From Phycisphaerales bacterium (GTDB taxonomy: Bacteria; Planctomycetota; Phycisphaerae; Phycisphaerales; UBA1924): a stretch of DNA of 64,000 bases. This document shows positions 56,094-64,000 of the stretch, piece by piece. Below the pieces are notes generated by a model. It was not told the DNA's origin and did no database searches. It worked only from the letters and a program-made list of their open reading frames with translations. Within the stretch, counting starts at the first letter, position 1. Every line of letters begins with the position of its first letter. The position numbers and the translations under genes were made by a program. Location of the stretch: positions 2,176,001 through 2,240,000 of the forward strand of contig OZ245777.1 in assembly GCA_965227775.1 (NCBI GenBank). Reading direction: 5' to 3'.

Positions 56094-57439
56094 GCCGGTT
56101 CCAAAGCCGGAACCACAGTCTTGTGATCAGCAGTCTGCCGTCGCTTCACAGCCTTGCGGGGAAGGGAGGCACGTGCGATCACATCGAGATTTGCTGCCAT
56201 CGCCAGCGTGAAGTACCAGAGCATCGTAATCTGGCCGAAGTACGACACTCCGATAAACGAAACGCAGTGCACAGCGAGGGAAACTCCAACGGCCCATGCC
56301 ATCATGAAGTCTGGCGAGTATGGCTTGAACACGCGCCAAGCCCGCCCAACCGCTCGGAAACACAACGCAATGATGGCAATGAACAGAGCTAGTCGGAGGA
56401 AGCCACCGCGCACGCCCTCCAGAACATACTGGTTGGTTATGTCCTGAAGTCCCCAGCCCCAGTGGGCGGTGGATCGGGTGCCCAGGAAAGCCCACTCTGG
56501 AAAACGCTCGATCGCGTTATCTATGAGGTTGTAGCGATGCCAGCCTGTTGAACCGCCAACGGCGCTGATTCGCGCGATCAGGTGCCATACTGGAGCAATC
56601 ATGACGATGTGTAGAAGAACCAGCATTGCCACGGTCATCCAACGAAGCTGCGATAGATACAAGCGAAGCGGGAGGAGGACTGCACCTGCAAACACAACCA
56701 GCAGAGCTAGCACCGGTGTGCTGGAAGCGCAGAAGTAGATAATGGCGATACCACACGCACATCCGATAATGGCTGAGAATCGGCGAATTCCACCGTTCCA
56801 GAACAACGCGGCCATGAGGGGAATGAGCGCGGCCCAGAAGCACCCGGCCAAGATCGCATGCGAGAAGGGCCCCTGGCACCTCAGCCGCCCATCGCGCACG
56901 AGCGTTACCTCGGGTACGCCGCCTAGGGCCGCAAAGGGATTGCGCCCCGTCAGCTTCTCGACAAAGAACAAGCCGCACACCGGGATCACGATGGTCGCCA
57001 TGGCTCGAGCGATTGCTCGGAGATCGCCCATCTGCCTGAACAGCATCCGGCAAATGAAGTACACACCAAGCGCTTCAAACGTCTTCCCGGCGATCGTGAT
57101 GAAGGCGCTGACGGCGCCCCACTGCATCGTGAAGATCACGACAGAGACGAATCCCCAGCCCAGCATGAGCCAGTCGACTGTGCTCATCCGGAAACCACGA
57201 TACTCACCCCTCGAGAGCACGCGAACCGTACCGACCAGCACCATCACGCGGATGAAGTTGAAGTCGAGGCCCGCAATCACCAGCCGTTGCGCCGAAGAAA
57301 CAAGGCATGCCACAAGAATGAACGCCAAGGGAGCAATGCTCCTTGGGGCGAAGTAAAAGAACGCAGAGATAATCAGCACCACGGCGAGGCCGGCGGGGTG
57401 TACCGTGGTTTGGTTGACATACTCAGCCTGCTCGCCCAT
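56090..57439 (-). CDS. O-antigen polymerase/ligase-like membrane protein (Wzy/WaaL)
   Basis: About 11 TM helices; RLRCQGPFSHAILAG; DITNQY; lies within the polysaccharide cluster. Confidence 0.75.
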   Translation of the reverse strand: MGEQAEYVNQTTVHPAGLAVVLIISAFFYFAPRSIAPLAFILVACLVSSAQRLVIAGLDFNFIRVMVLVGTVRVLSRGEYRGFRMSTVDWLMLGWGFVSVVIFTMQWGAVSAFITIAGKTFEALGVYFICRMLFRQMGDLRAIARAMATIVIPVCGLFFVEKLTGRNPFAALGGVPEVTLVRDGRLRCQGPFSHAILAGCFWAALIPLMAALFWNGGIRRFSAIIGCACGIAIIYFCASSTPVLALLVVFAGAVLLPLRLYLSQLRWMTVAMLVLLHIVMIAPVWHLIARISAVGGSTGWHRYNLIDNAIERFPEWAFLGTRSTAHWGWGLQDITNQYVLEGVRGGFLRLALFIAIIALCFRAVGRAWRVFKPYSPDFMMAWAVGVSLAVHCVSFIGVSYFGQITMLWYFTLAMAANLDVIARASLPRKAVKRRQTADHKTVVPALEPA

Positions 57440-57450
57440 TCGGTCGGTCC

Positions 57451-58413
57451 TCAGGCCGTCAGTGTGTGGAGCTGACGCTGACGCGGCGTGTGCCTGCGCA
57501 GCCGAGTCAACATCGTGGGAGGGAGGAGCCCGTACAGCAGAGACTTGTAATAGTACGGATCCAGCGGGTGAAATGCGATGCACTGCAGACCTGTTCGAAT
57601 GGCACTGATCAACTTGCCATCACGGCGCTGGTCGATTGCGCTCTCGATGAAGTCGCTAGCGATGAAGTTATCGCGATCCCGATTGCGCTCCTTCATCGCT
57701 GGGCGTGGCGGAAACACTGCTTCGTATTCAAGCCCGCGACGTGTGCAGGCCTTTTGGCGTGCCATGGCAACGAACTCCCTCCTGCGGGCGGGATTTTTGC
57801 GTGTGATGGAGCGCAGATCGATGCGATACCGGTAGAGCGTGCTGTCGAGTACGAGCATCGGTAGCCGTTCACCGAGTCGGAGGATGTAGTCGTACCCTTG
57901 GGCGATGCGTAAGTCGGTGTCGAAGCGAAGTTCATTCACCATTGATACCCGGTACATTCCCGTCGGATCATGTGCCGGCATGCGAAAGCTGAGGATGTCG
58001 TCGGCGCACGCCTGGCGATCCTTCCAGCGTGCCTGAGGTGCCATTCGCTTCCCATCGATGATCAACTCGTGGCCACAGAACACGGCCGCAACATCTCGGT
58101 TCTCCTCGAGTGCATTGAGCTGCTTGGCGACGCGGTCTTCGTGCATCTCGTCGTCGGCATCCAAGACGCAGTAGAACTCCCCAGTAATCTCTTCCAGCGC
58201 TCGATTCATCGCGACCGACTTGCCCGCATTCTCCTGCTTGATGACTTGCAGCCTGCGATCCGATGGGAGTGAGTCGGTTGAGCCGTCAACGCTCCCGTCG
58301 TCTACAACGATGACCTCGATGTTGGCGTGGGTTTGACCAAGTGCCGTATCGATCGCCCGTTGCAAGAGCCGGCCGCCGTTGTACGTGGGGATGATGATGC
58401 TGGCCTTGGTCAT
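57451..58413 (-). CDS. Glycosyltransferase family 2
   Basis: SIIIPTYN, VVDDGSVD, LDADD. Confidence 0.92.
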   Translation of the reverse strand: MTKASIIIPTYNGGRLLQRAIDTALGQTHANIEVIVVDDGSVDGSTDSLPSDRRLQVIKQENAGKSVAMNRALEEITGEFYCVLDADDEMHEDRVAKQLNALEENRDVAAVFCGHELIIDGKRMAPQARWKDRQACADDILSFRMPAHDPTGMYRVSMVNELRFDTDLRIAQGYDYILRLGERLPMLVLDSTLYRYRIDLRSITRKNPARRREFVAMARQKACTRRGLEYEAVFPPRPAMKERNRDRDNFIASDFIESAIDQRRDGKLISAIRTGLQCIAFHPLDPYYYKSLLYGLLPPTMLTRLRRHTPRQRQLHTLTA

Positions 58414-59228
58414 GGCCTGAGCTTCCGCATCGTACGACGGACCTTTGCCCGCCAGCCGTAGTAGTCTCTCCAGTTGCTGCTGCCCGTTTGCAGTTCGAGC
58501 GCCGCCTCTTTAACACGCTTTGTCATGGCGTCGACAGTTTCGATCCCTCGCCAAGTGGCTGTTAGGCCGCGATGGGCAAGCACGTCCTCGTCGGTCCTGA
58601 ATATGGTGTGATTCGAGCGTGGGTCGTCCATGTGGTCCATGAGCAGCGGAGGCATTGGCCAGCCAACCAACCAGCCCGCCTTGCACACGCGCATGCAGTA
58701 CGTCGTGAAACCCTCGCTGTCCCCGAGCGGACCGCAGCGCTCCTGGCACAGCCGCTTCATGATGTACCCTGCGCCGCCCACCCACGGGTTGGCCATGACG
58801 CCGTGGCCGCCCAGTCGCACCGTCTTGCGCGCGACGAGCGCTTTGTTGAGGTCCTCTTCGAGAAAGGGCCAACAGCTCAGGATGCCAGCTCTCTCAGAGT
58901 CTTGGTGGATTCTGACTAGCCGCTCGATCCAGCCCTCGGGTACCAGACAGTCGTCGTCGACCTTTCCGAGATATGGCGCCGTGGCGTGAGACCAGAACCA
59001 GTTGGTTGGTTCACGGAGCTTCAGATTCTGGTCGCTGAAGTGGATTCGAGCAACATTCGGGTGGTCGGCGTGCTCCCGCACGGCGGCTATGGTTTCTTCG
59101 TGCGTCCCGTTGTGCCAGATCCATATGCGGTCGTCAGGCCGGCAGGTCGACAGCAGGTTCGGGAGCGATAGCTCAACGTAACTCGCGCGGTTATAGGTGA
59201 TCATGAAGATGTCGGCGTGATCATCCAA
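58410..59228 (-). CDS. Glycosyltransferase family 2-like (GT-A)
   Basis: ITYNR, KVDDDC. Confidence 0.8.
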   Translation of the reverse strand: MDDHADIFMITYNRASYVELSLPNLLSTCRPDDRIWIWHNGTHEETIAAVREHADHPNVARIHFSDQNLKLREPTNWFWSHATAPYLGKVDDDCLVPEGWIERLVRIHQDSERAGILSCWPFLEEDLNKALVARKTVRLGGHGVMANPWVGGAGYIMKRLCQERCGPLGDSEGFTTYCMRVCKAGWLVGWPMPPLLMDHMDDPRSNHTIFRTDEDVLAHRGLTATWRGIETVDAMTKRVKEAALELQTGSSNWRDYYGWRAKVRRTMRKLRP

Positions 59229-61014
59229 CCCGGCCTCCCGTGGCTTCCCGGCCCGCCAGTCGGAGAATCTGGACGACCGTCGCGTTCATCAGGGAATCAT
59301 ACTGCGGGGCGTACGTACCAAATGTATCGGCAGGATCGGCGGTGATGATGCGGCGCAACACGTTGATGGCGGCAGCATCGCAGAAGGCTTGGTCATGAAT
59401 CATGTTCCACGCTGGCGCGTGCGTGAGGAACTTGGCGTAGTTGACAAACGAACCGTCCGAAAACCAAGGCTCAACCCCAGAGTGGGGCAGCGACACACTG
59501 GGCTTGCGAGGCCACAGTTTCCCGAGAATGCGGGACGGCACGTACGTCATGGTCGCGGCGTAGCCGGTATCGGGGTGCGGCAAGCGAGCCACCGAGGGCG
59601 CGTAGCGCTTTGTCAGTGCGGATACGAGGTCTAGGCCCTTCTTCCAGATCCACGGCGTGGCCATGCTTGCCTCGACAATGTCCGCGTGGAAGAAAAACTC
59701 GTCGTGCGGAAAATACCGCGAGATCAGCGTCGAGTCGATGCTCGTCGTGTGGCTGATTGGGTAGAACCCCATCCATTCCTCGGCTGTCTCGGGTCGTACC
59801 TCGCGGAGACTCTGCTCGTACGCCTCACGTCGAGCGAACGCCGCCGCGGCGAGTTCTGGTTTGATCAACGTCTTACGACTTGCCGCGTGGCTGTAATTGT
59901 GCTTCCCGATGCGTCGGCTCGGTGCTTTGTGCCGAAGTCGGTAGTGGTTCAGCGCTACGTCGGTCATGCTGTAGGGCACATACGCGCCTTTGAGGAGGAT
60001 GTCGCAGCCAAAGCCGCTCACCAAGACATCTAAGCCCGCGACTGCCGGGTGGTCCACCATGCAGAGTGCATGGCACGGTAGCGAATTCTGCTCGTACCCA
60101 AGGCGGTGTTGCCCCTCGACAAACGCGTGGGCGTAAAACTGTGGATCTCGCCGTACAAGGTGGTGCGGCAGGCCAAGCGTTCGTGCCGAGCGGGCAGCCG
60201 ACTCTGTCTCCGGATTCGGCCGGTCGCAATATGTAAACGTCTCAACCTGAGCATTGCTTGCGAGCGATTCGGCAATGATGCGCGAATCGGCCCCTCCGCT
60301 CAGCATCACCCCGATGCGGGAAGCCGAAGCGGTGATCTCGGCGACCGACTCCTCGATGGCCGCTGCGCACGCATCGATGCAGGCTCGCTTGCCTGGCCAA
60401 CGGTCTGGCTCGCGCGGCTCCCAGAGGCACGCGCTCTCGATCGAGGCATGGCAGCGATCGTCGGTACGCACGTTGTGCAAACTGCCCGGCGCTAGCTGCA
60501 CGACTCCCAACCTCGTCGTGTAGGGAAAAGTCGGGTTGTTCCAGAGTAAGAGTTCAGCGAGCGAGACGTCATCGAAGGCCGGCCGGTTGCGCACGGCATC
60601 GACGATCCACTCGACGTTTGACGAGAGCGCGAAGTGGTCGCCGCGAGGATGAGTGGTGGTGGCGTACGCCGGACGGTGCGAGAAGCGGTCGGTGAGGAGA
60701 GAAAGTCCATCCGGCCGGGCGTGTAGCACCAAGAACATGCCGCTCATGTCGCAATAAGCGTCGGTGTTGCCGCCGAGCGTTTGGAAGATGGAATCGTCAA
60801 CATCGATTCGTCCTCCGCGGCCGGCGGGCCGTCCGCAGATGTATATGGCATCGGGACGTCGTTCCACCCGGTGCCACAAGCCGGGGTTCACGCCAAGCCA
60901 ACCCCAGGGCCAACGCTCCCAACGCAACTCGACTTCACACCTCGGCGGAGTCTCCGATGCCACTGGATACGCAGCATCGGCGGGGGCATCAAAGATTGCC
61001 AGGAAGTCAGGCAC
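59221..61014 (-). CDS. Asparagine-synthase-like protein
   Basis: Degenerate Ntn domain (LTDRFSHRPAY); PP-loop MLSGGADSR; SGFGCD; no Cys at position 2. Confidence 0.8.
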   Translation of the reverse strand: MPDFLAIFDAPADAAYPVASETPPRCEVELRWERWPWGWLGVNPGLWHRVERRPDAIYICGRPAGRGGRIDVDDSIFQTLGGNTDAYCDMSGMFLVLHARPDGLSLLTDRFSHRPAYATTTHPRGDHFALSSNVEWIVDAVRNRPAFDDVSLAELLLWNNPTFPYTTRLGVVQLAPGSLHNVRTDDRCHASIESACLWEPREPDRWPGKRACIDACAAAIEESVAEITASASRIGVMLSGGADSRIIAESLASNAQVETFTYCDRPNPETESAARSARTLGLPHHLVRRDPQFYAHAFVEGQHRLGYEQNSLPCHALCMVDHPAVAGLDVLVSGFGCDILLKGAYVPYSMTDVALNHYRLRHKAPSRRIGKHNYSHAASRKTLIKPELAAAAFARREAYEQSLREVRPETAEEWMGFYPISHTTSIDSTLISRYFPHDEFFFHADIVEASMATPWIWKKGLDLVSALTKRYAPSVARLPHPDTGYAATMTYVPSRILGKLWPRKPSVSLPHSGVEPWFSDGSFVNYAKFLTHAPAWNMIHDQAFCDAAAINVLRRIITADPADTFGTYAPQYDSLMNATVVQILRLAGREATGGRVG

Positions 61015-62518
61015 GCGTCTTGCTCCCAGTTAGCCGAGGCAGAAAAGACTCCAGAAAGTACACGAGTTGTGATCGCAGTGTTGGCTGAACCAGGACTGTG
61101 GCTCCAAACGCCAACAAGAAAATCGATCCGCCGACGCCCGGAACGTAGCCCTCCCCTAACCACCCTGCTGACCAGAGCGTGCCGAACGCAAGCGTGAGCC
61201 CGGGGATTGCCAGGACGAAGACGGCTCCCGTGTGCCTGTACAGGAAGGCTTGGTCGATCGGCCCGCGCCTTGCGATCATGCCATACAGCAGTGGAATGAG
61301 GAACACGTATCGGAGGCTAAATGCGATAGCAAGGCCGACAGGACCCCACCATACGGCGATCGCTGCGGCGAGGATCTTGGCAAGCGCATCAATCGCTTGC
61401 CATTTGAGCATCTCGCTACCTCGCCCCTGAGACACGAAGATCCAGCCGGTACTGTTCCAGAGGGGCAAGAGCAGGCTGCCCACGCAGAACCAGCGGAAGA
61501 TCGGCACCGCCCCCGTCCACTGATCGCCAAGCACCAGTAAAACAATCGAATCCGCCTCGAGCAAGAGCACGCAGGCGATGGGCGTCGTGATTAGCGTCAG
61601 GCCCGTCAGGAGCCGGTCATACGTCCTCCGGTAGCGCGTGGGCTCGTCCACCGCACCGCTCAGCGCAGGCAAGGCAACCTCGGCAAAGGCCGGCGCGACG
61701 CGCTCGAGCGGGAGCGTCGCCAGCGCGAGCGCCTTGTTGTACAGGCCCGTCGCCGCCGTGTTGAAGAACCCGAGCAGGGCGCGGTCGGCGTTCGCGCCCA
61801 ACTGGTTGGCGGCTCCCGAGAACGCCAGCGTTATGCCGAATCGCAGGAGTGGCAAGACTTCCGAGGCCGGCGCCGGTCGGCTCGGCATCCATCTGGACAG
61901 AATGACTGAGCCGGCTGTCTTTCCAGTATTAAGCGTGAGATGCATAATCGCCAGCGAGAGAACCCCCGCGCCGAACAAGGCTGCCAGAATGCCCGCCAAG
62001 ATCGATGCGACAAGCGAGATGACCTCGATTCCGGCAAGGCTGCCGAGACGCAGTCGACGGTGCAGGATGCCATTGAACTGCACGCCCAAAGAGCCAACGA
62101 AGAACGATACTCCCAACACGACCATCACTTGCAGCAACTCGGATTCGCCATAGGAGACCGCGAGTACAGGCCCGAGGGCCAGGGTCAGCAGGCCAAGCAG
62201 CAGGCCAAGGCCGGAGTTGACAAGCAGGAGCCCGGTCGCCTGGCCGTTTGTAAGCGTCTTGGCCTGCACGTTGGCGATTCGCAGGCCCGCGTCTCGGAAC
62301 TTGGCCAGCACCATGGTGAATGCAGTTGCAATCGCGAAGATGCCGAATTGCTCAGGTTCGAGTAGCCGCGCAAGCACCGCCGTCGAGACGATGTGTAGCC
62401 CAAAGCGCGCTCCCTGTGATAGCAACGAGATCGCCCCGCCACGGCTTGCATCACGGCGCAGTGTCGACCGATCGGAACGCTCGATCAACTGATCGCGGCG
62501 GGTTGTAGGCTCGGACAC
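61007..62518 (-). CDS. wzx: Polysaccharide flippase (Wzx)
   Basis: LARLLEPEQFG, GLYNKA, VLLVLGDQW; 12 or more TM helices. Confidence 0.88.
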   Translation of the reverse strand: MSEPTTRRDQLIERSDRSTLRRDASRGGAISLLSQGARFGLHIVSTAVLARLLEPEQFGIFAIATAFTMVLAKFRDAGLRIANVQAKTLTNGQATGLLLVNSGLGLLLGLLTLALGPVLAVSYGESELLQVMVVLGVSFFVGSLGVQFNGILHRRLRLGSLAGIEVISLVASILAGILAALFGAGVLSLAIMHLTLNTGKTAGSVILSRWMPSRPAPASEVLPLLRFGITLAFSGAANQLGANADRALLGFFNTAATGLYNKALALATLPLERVAPAFAEVALPALSGAVDEPTRYRRTYDRLLTGLTLITTPIACVLLLEADSIVLLVLGDQWTGAVPIFRWFCVGSLLLPLWNSTGWIFVSQGRGSEMLKWQAIDALAKILAAAIAVWWGPVGLAIAFSLRYVFLIPLLYGMIARRGPIDQAFLYRHTGAVFVLAIPGLTLAFGTLWSAGWLGEGYVPGVGGSIFLLAFGATVLVQPTLRSQLVYFLESFLPRLTGSKTRA

Positions 62519-62528
62519 TGATTTCCCC

Positions 62529-64000
62529 TCAACGCACCTTTCGGCGATCGTCCAGCATCTTCTTCAATGGGCGCAGACGCTCCTTTAACCCTCGTGGCAG
62601 TGCCCGACGGAGCGGGCTTCTGGCCTTCGTAAACGGCACTTGTAGCAGTTCTGGCCACAGCTGCTTGATGACTGCAGCATGCAGCCTGCCGCCCTCAAGG
62701 AGTGAGTCCGGAGCAAACGCGGCTGCCATGGCAATGTTTCGCGAGGTAAAGGGGGAGTAGGGGTCGTAGTACAGAGTTGATGCCAACTCCGCAGGGCCCA
62801 TCCATCGAGGTGCTCGCTGCTCGAGATACATAAGCGTGCGCTGGAGCTGGGGCGGGAAGTCGCTCACCGAGTGCAGCCAAGCTTCCACGCCACGAACGAC
62901 GAGCGGCGGTGGATGGTCAAAGTCCGTGAGCAACTCTGACAACCGAATCCTCTGCGATCGTGGCCCGAAACGCGCACCGTAGAAGTTCTTTAGCAGGACG
63001 CCAAGCCCGCCATTGATGTGAATGGCCGGTCCATCGGCGACCAATGCGCACCCACCGACGATCTCTTGTCGCGCCCCGAACGCTTGGTACGCACACTGGA
63101 GGTTGTATGCCTCAACTTGAGCCGATAGTGGTATGGGACAGTCGATGATTCTCAATCCCACGTCGCCAATGAGAGCCACGCGCATAGCGAGTTCCACATC
63201 CGAGCGTGACACACTTGGATTGCGAAGCGTGAAGTACGCCATTCGGTCGCGCACCTGGCGGGCGGCGGCCAGATTCGCCCGGCTGTCGTACCCACCAGTG
63301 ACCGACACGTGCAGCGAACGCTCGTCGTGTACCAAGGACTCCATCGCCGTTCGAAGGTCCGTGGAGATCCTCTCGATCGCGTTCGAACGACCTGTTTCAT
63401 CAACGACCGTCGGCCAGAAACGCCTCACCTGCCAATTAGACGTGTCGAGAACGTGGTTGGCCGGTACCACTTCGATGTCCGTGAAGATGGTGTAGGGGCT
63501 CGGGATCCAATTGTTGGATGGCCGTGCCCCGAACCACGCACTCGTCCGAGGATCCCGCTGTGTGGCACTGAGGAGTGAAGGCGTGGAGGCGACGAGCTTC
63601 TTGTCAGGATCGTGATACACACCGAGGATCGAGGCGGGATCGGTATAGACGCTGCACGACGAATCAGACCAAACGAACACCACATAGCACCCAACAATGT
63701 CCTCGAGTGCTCGTTCGAGAGCATCACGGTCTACCAGCCCTGCAAGGCGTTGTGCAATGTTGTGGAGAGTTGCCGCTGGATCTGAGGCGTCGCTTGCGAC
63801 TCCACAGACGGCCACTGTGCGTTGGTCGTTAGCCTCTACAGACACGACCAATTGGTCATTCGCATACAGCACCCATTGATGCTGTTCGTGGACGCGAATG
63901 GCATCGTCGGGGACGAGCGCGTCGGACGGTTGGAGTAGCCACTGTCGTGGAAGGCGTCCGAGCACCACGTTCTTTCCGTTCAGCCGCCGAGCGGGCGGTC
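62529..64000 (-). CDS. Asparagine-synthase-like protein (possibly 5'-partial)
   Basis: PP-loop VTGGYDSR; YLEQR..W; the frame stays open to the window edge. Confidence 0.7.
   Translation of the reverse strand, partial: PPARRLNGKNVVLGRLPRQWLLQPSDALVPDDAIRVHEQHQWVLYANDQLVVSVEANDQRTVAVCGVASDASDPAATLHNIAQRLAGLVDRDALERALEDIVGCYVVFVWSDSSCSVYTDPASILGVYHDPDKKLVASTPSLLSATQRDPRTSAWFGARPSNNWIPSPYTIFTDIEVVPANHVLDTSNWQVRRFWPTVVDETGRSNAIERISTDLRTAMESLVHDERSLHVSVTGGYDSRANLAAARQVRDRMAYFTLRNPSVSRSDVELAMRVALIGDVGLRIIDCPIPLSAQVEAYNLQCAYQAFGARQEIVGGCALVADGPAIHINGGLGVLLKNFYGARFGPRSQRIRLSELLTDFDHPPPLVVRGVEAWLHSVSDFPPQLQRTLMYLEQRAPRWMGPAELASTLYYDPYSPFTSRNIAMAAAFAPDSLLEGGRLHAAVIKQLWPELLQVPFTKARSPLRRALPRGLKERLRPLKKMLDDRRKVR

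Overview
GC-rich bacterial DNA, most likely Phycisphaerales (Planctomycetota). This is inferred from six secreted proteins ending in the tandem 'DxDGDGxLTIFDFLxFQNxFxxGC' GC-type dockerin tail. Positions ~1-41.9 kb form a composite genomic island abutting the 3' end of tRNA-Ser(CGA). It carries: (i) an SSB-like/ArdC/small-acidic-protein cluster with three related long-hairpin leaders resembling ssDNA promoters; (ii) a MOBF relaxase; (iii) low-GC cargo; (iv) a Shango-type anti-phage operon flanked by gene scraps; (v) a nested cro-XRE-xis-int module with an apparently unrecombined attP (5' half of tRNA-Thr(GGT) between arm repeats); (vi) a controller(C)-like gene with three tandem C-box-like sites but no restriction enzyme; (vii) a T4CP-membrane protein-xis-int operon facing an HTH-STAND regulator across 11-bp repeats. 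No mating-pair-formation genes are visible. Right of the tRNA is core-like chromosome: bioY, DGPF/ECF42, DegT, hpt, a helical+Ig/FN3-like gene next to a 21-nt repeat array, purQ, DUF1015, and a Wzx/Wzy polysaccharide cluster running off the window. All calls come from motif reading only; no searches were run.
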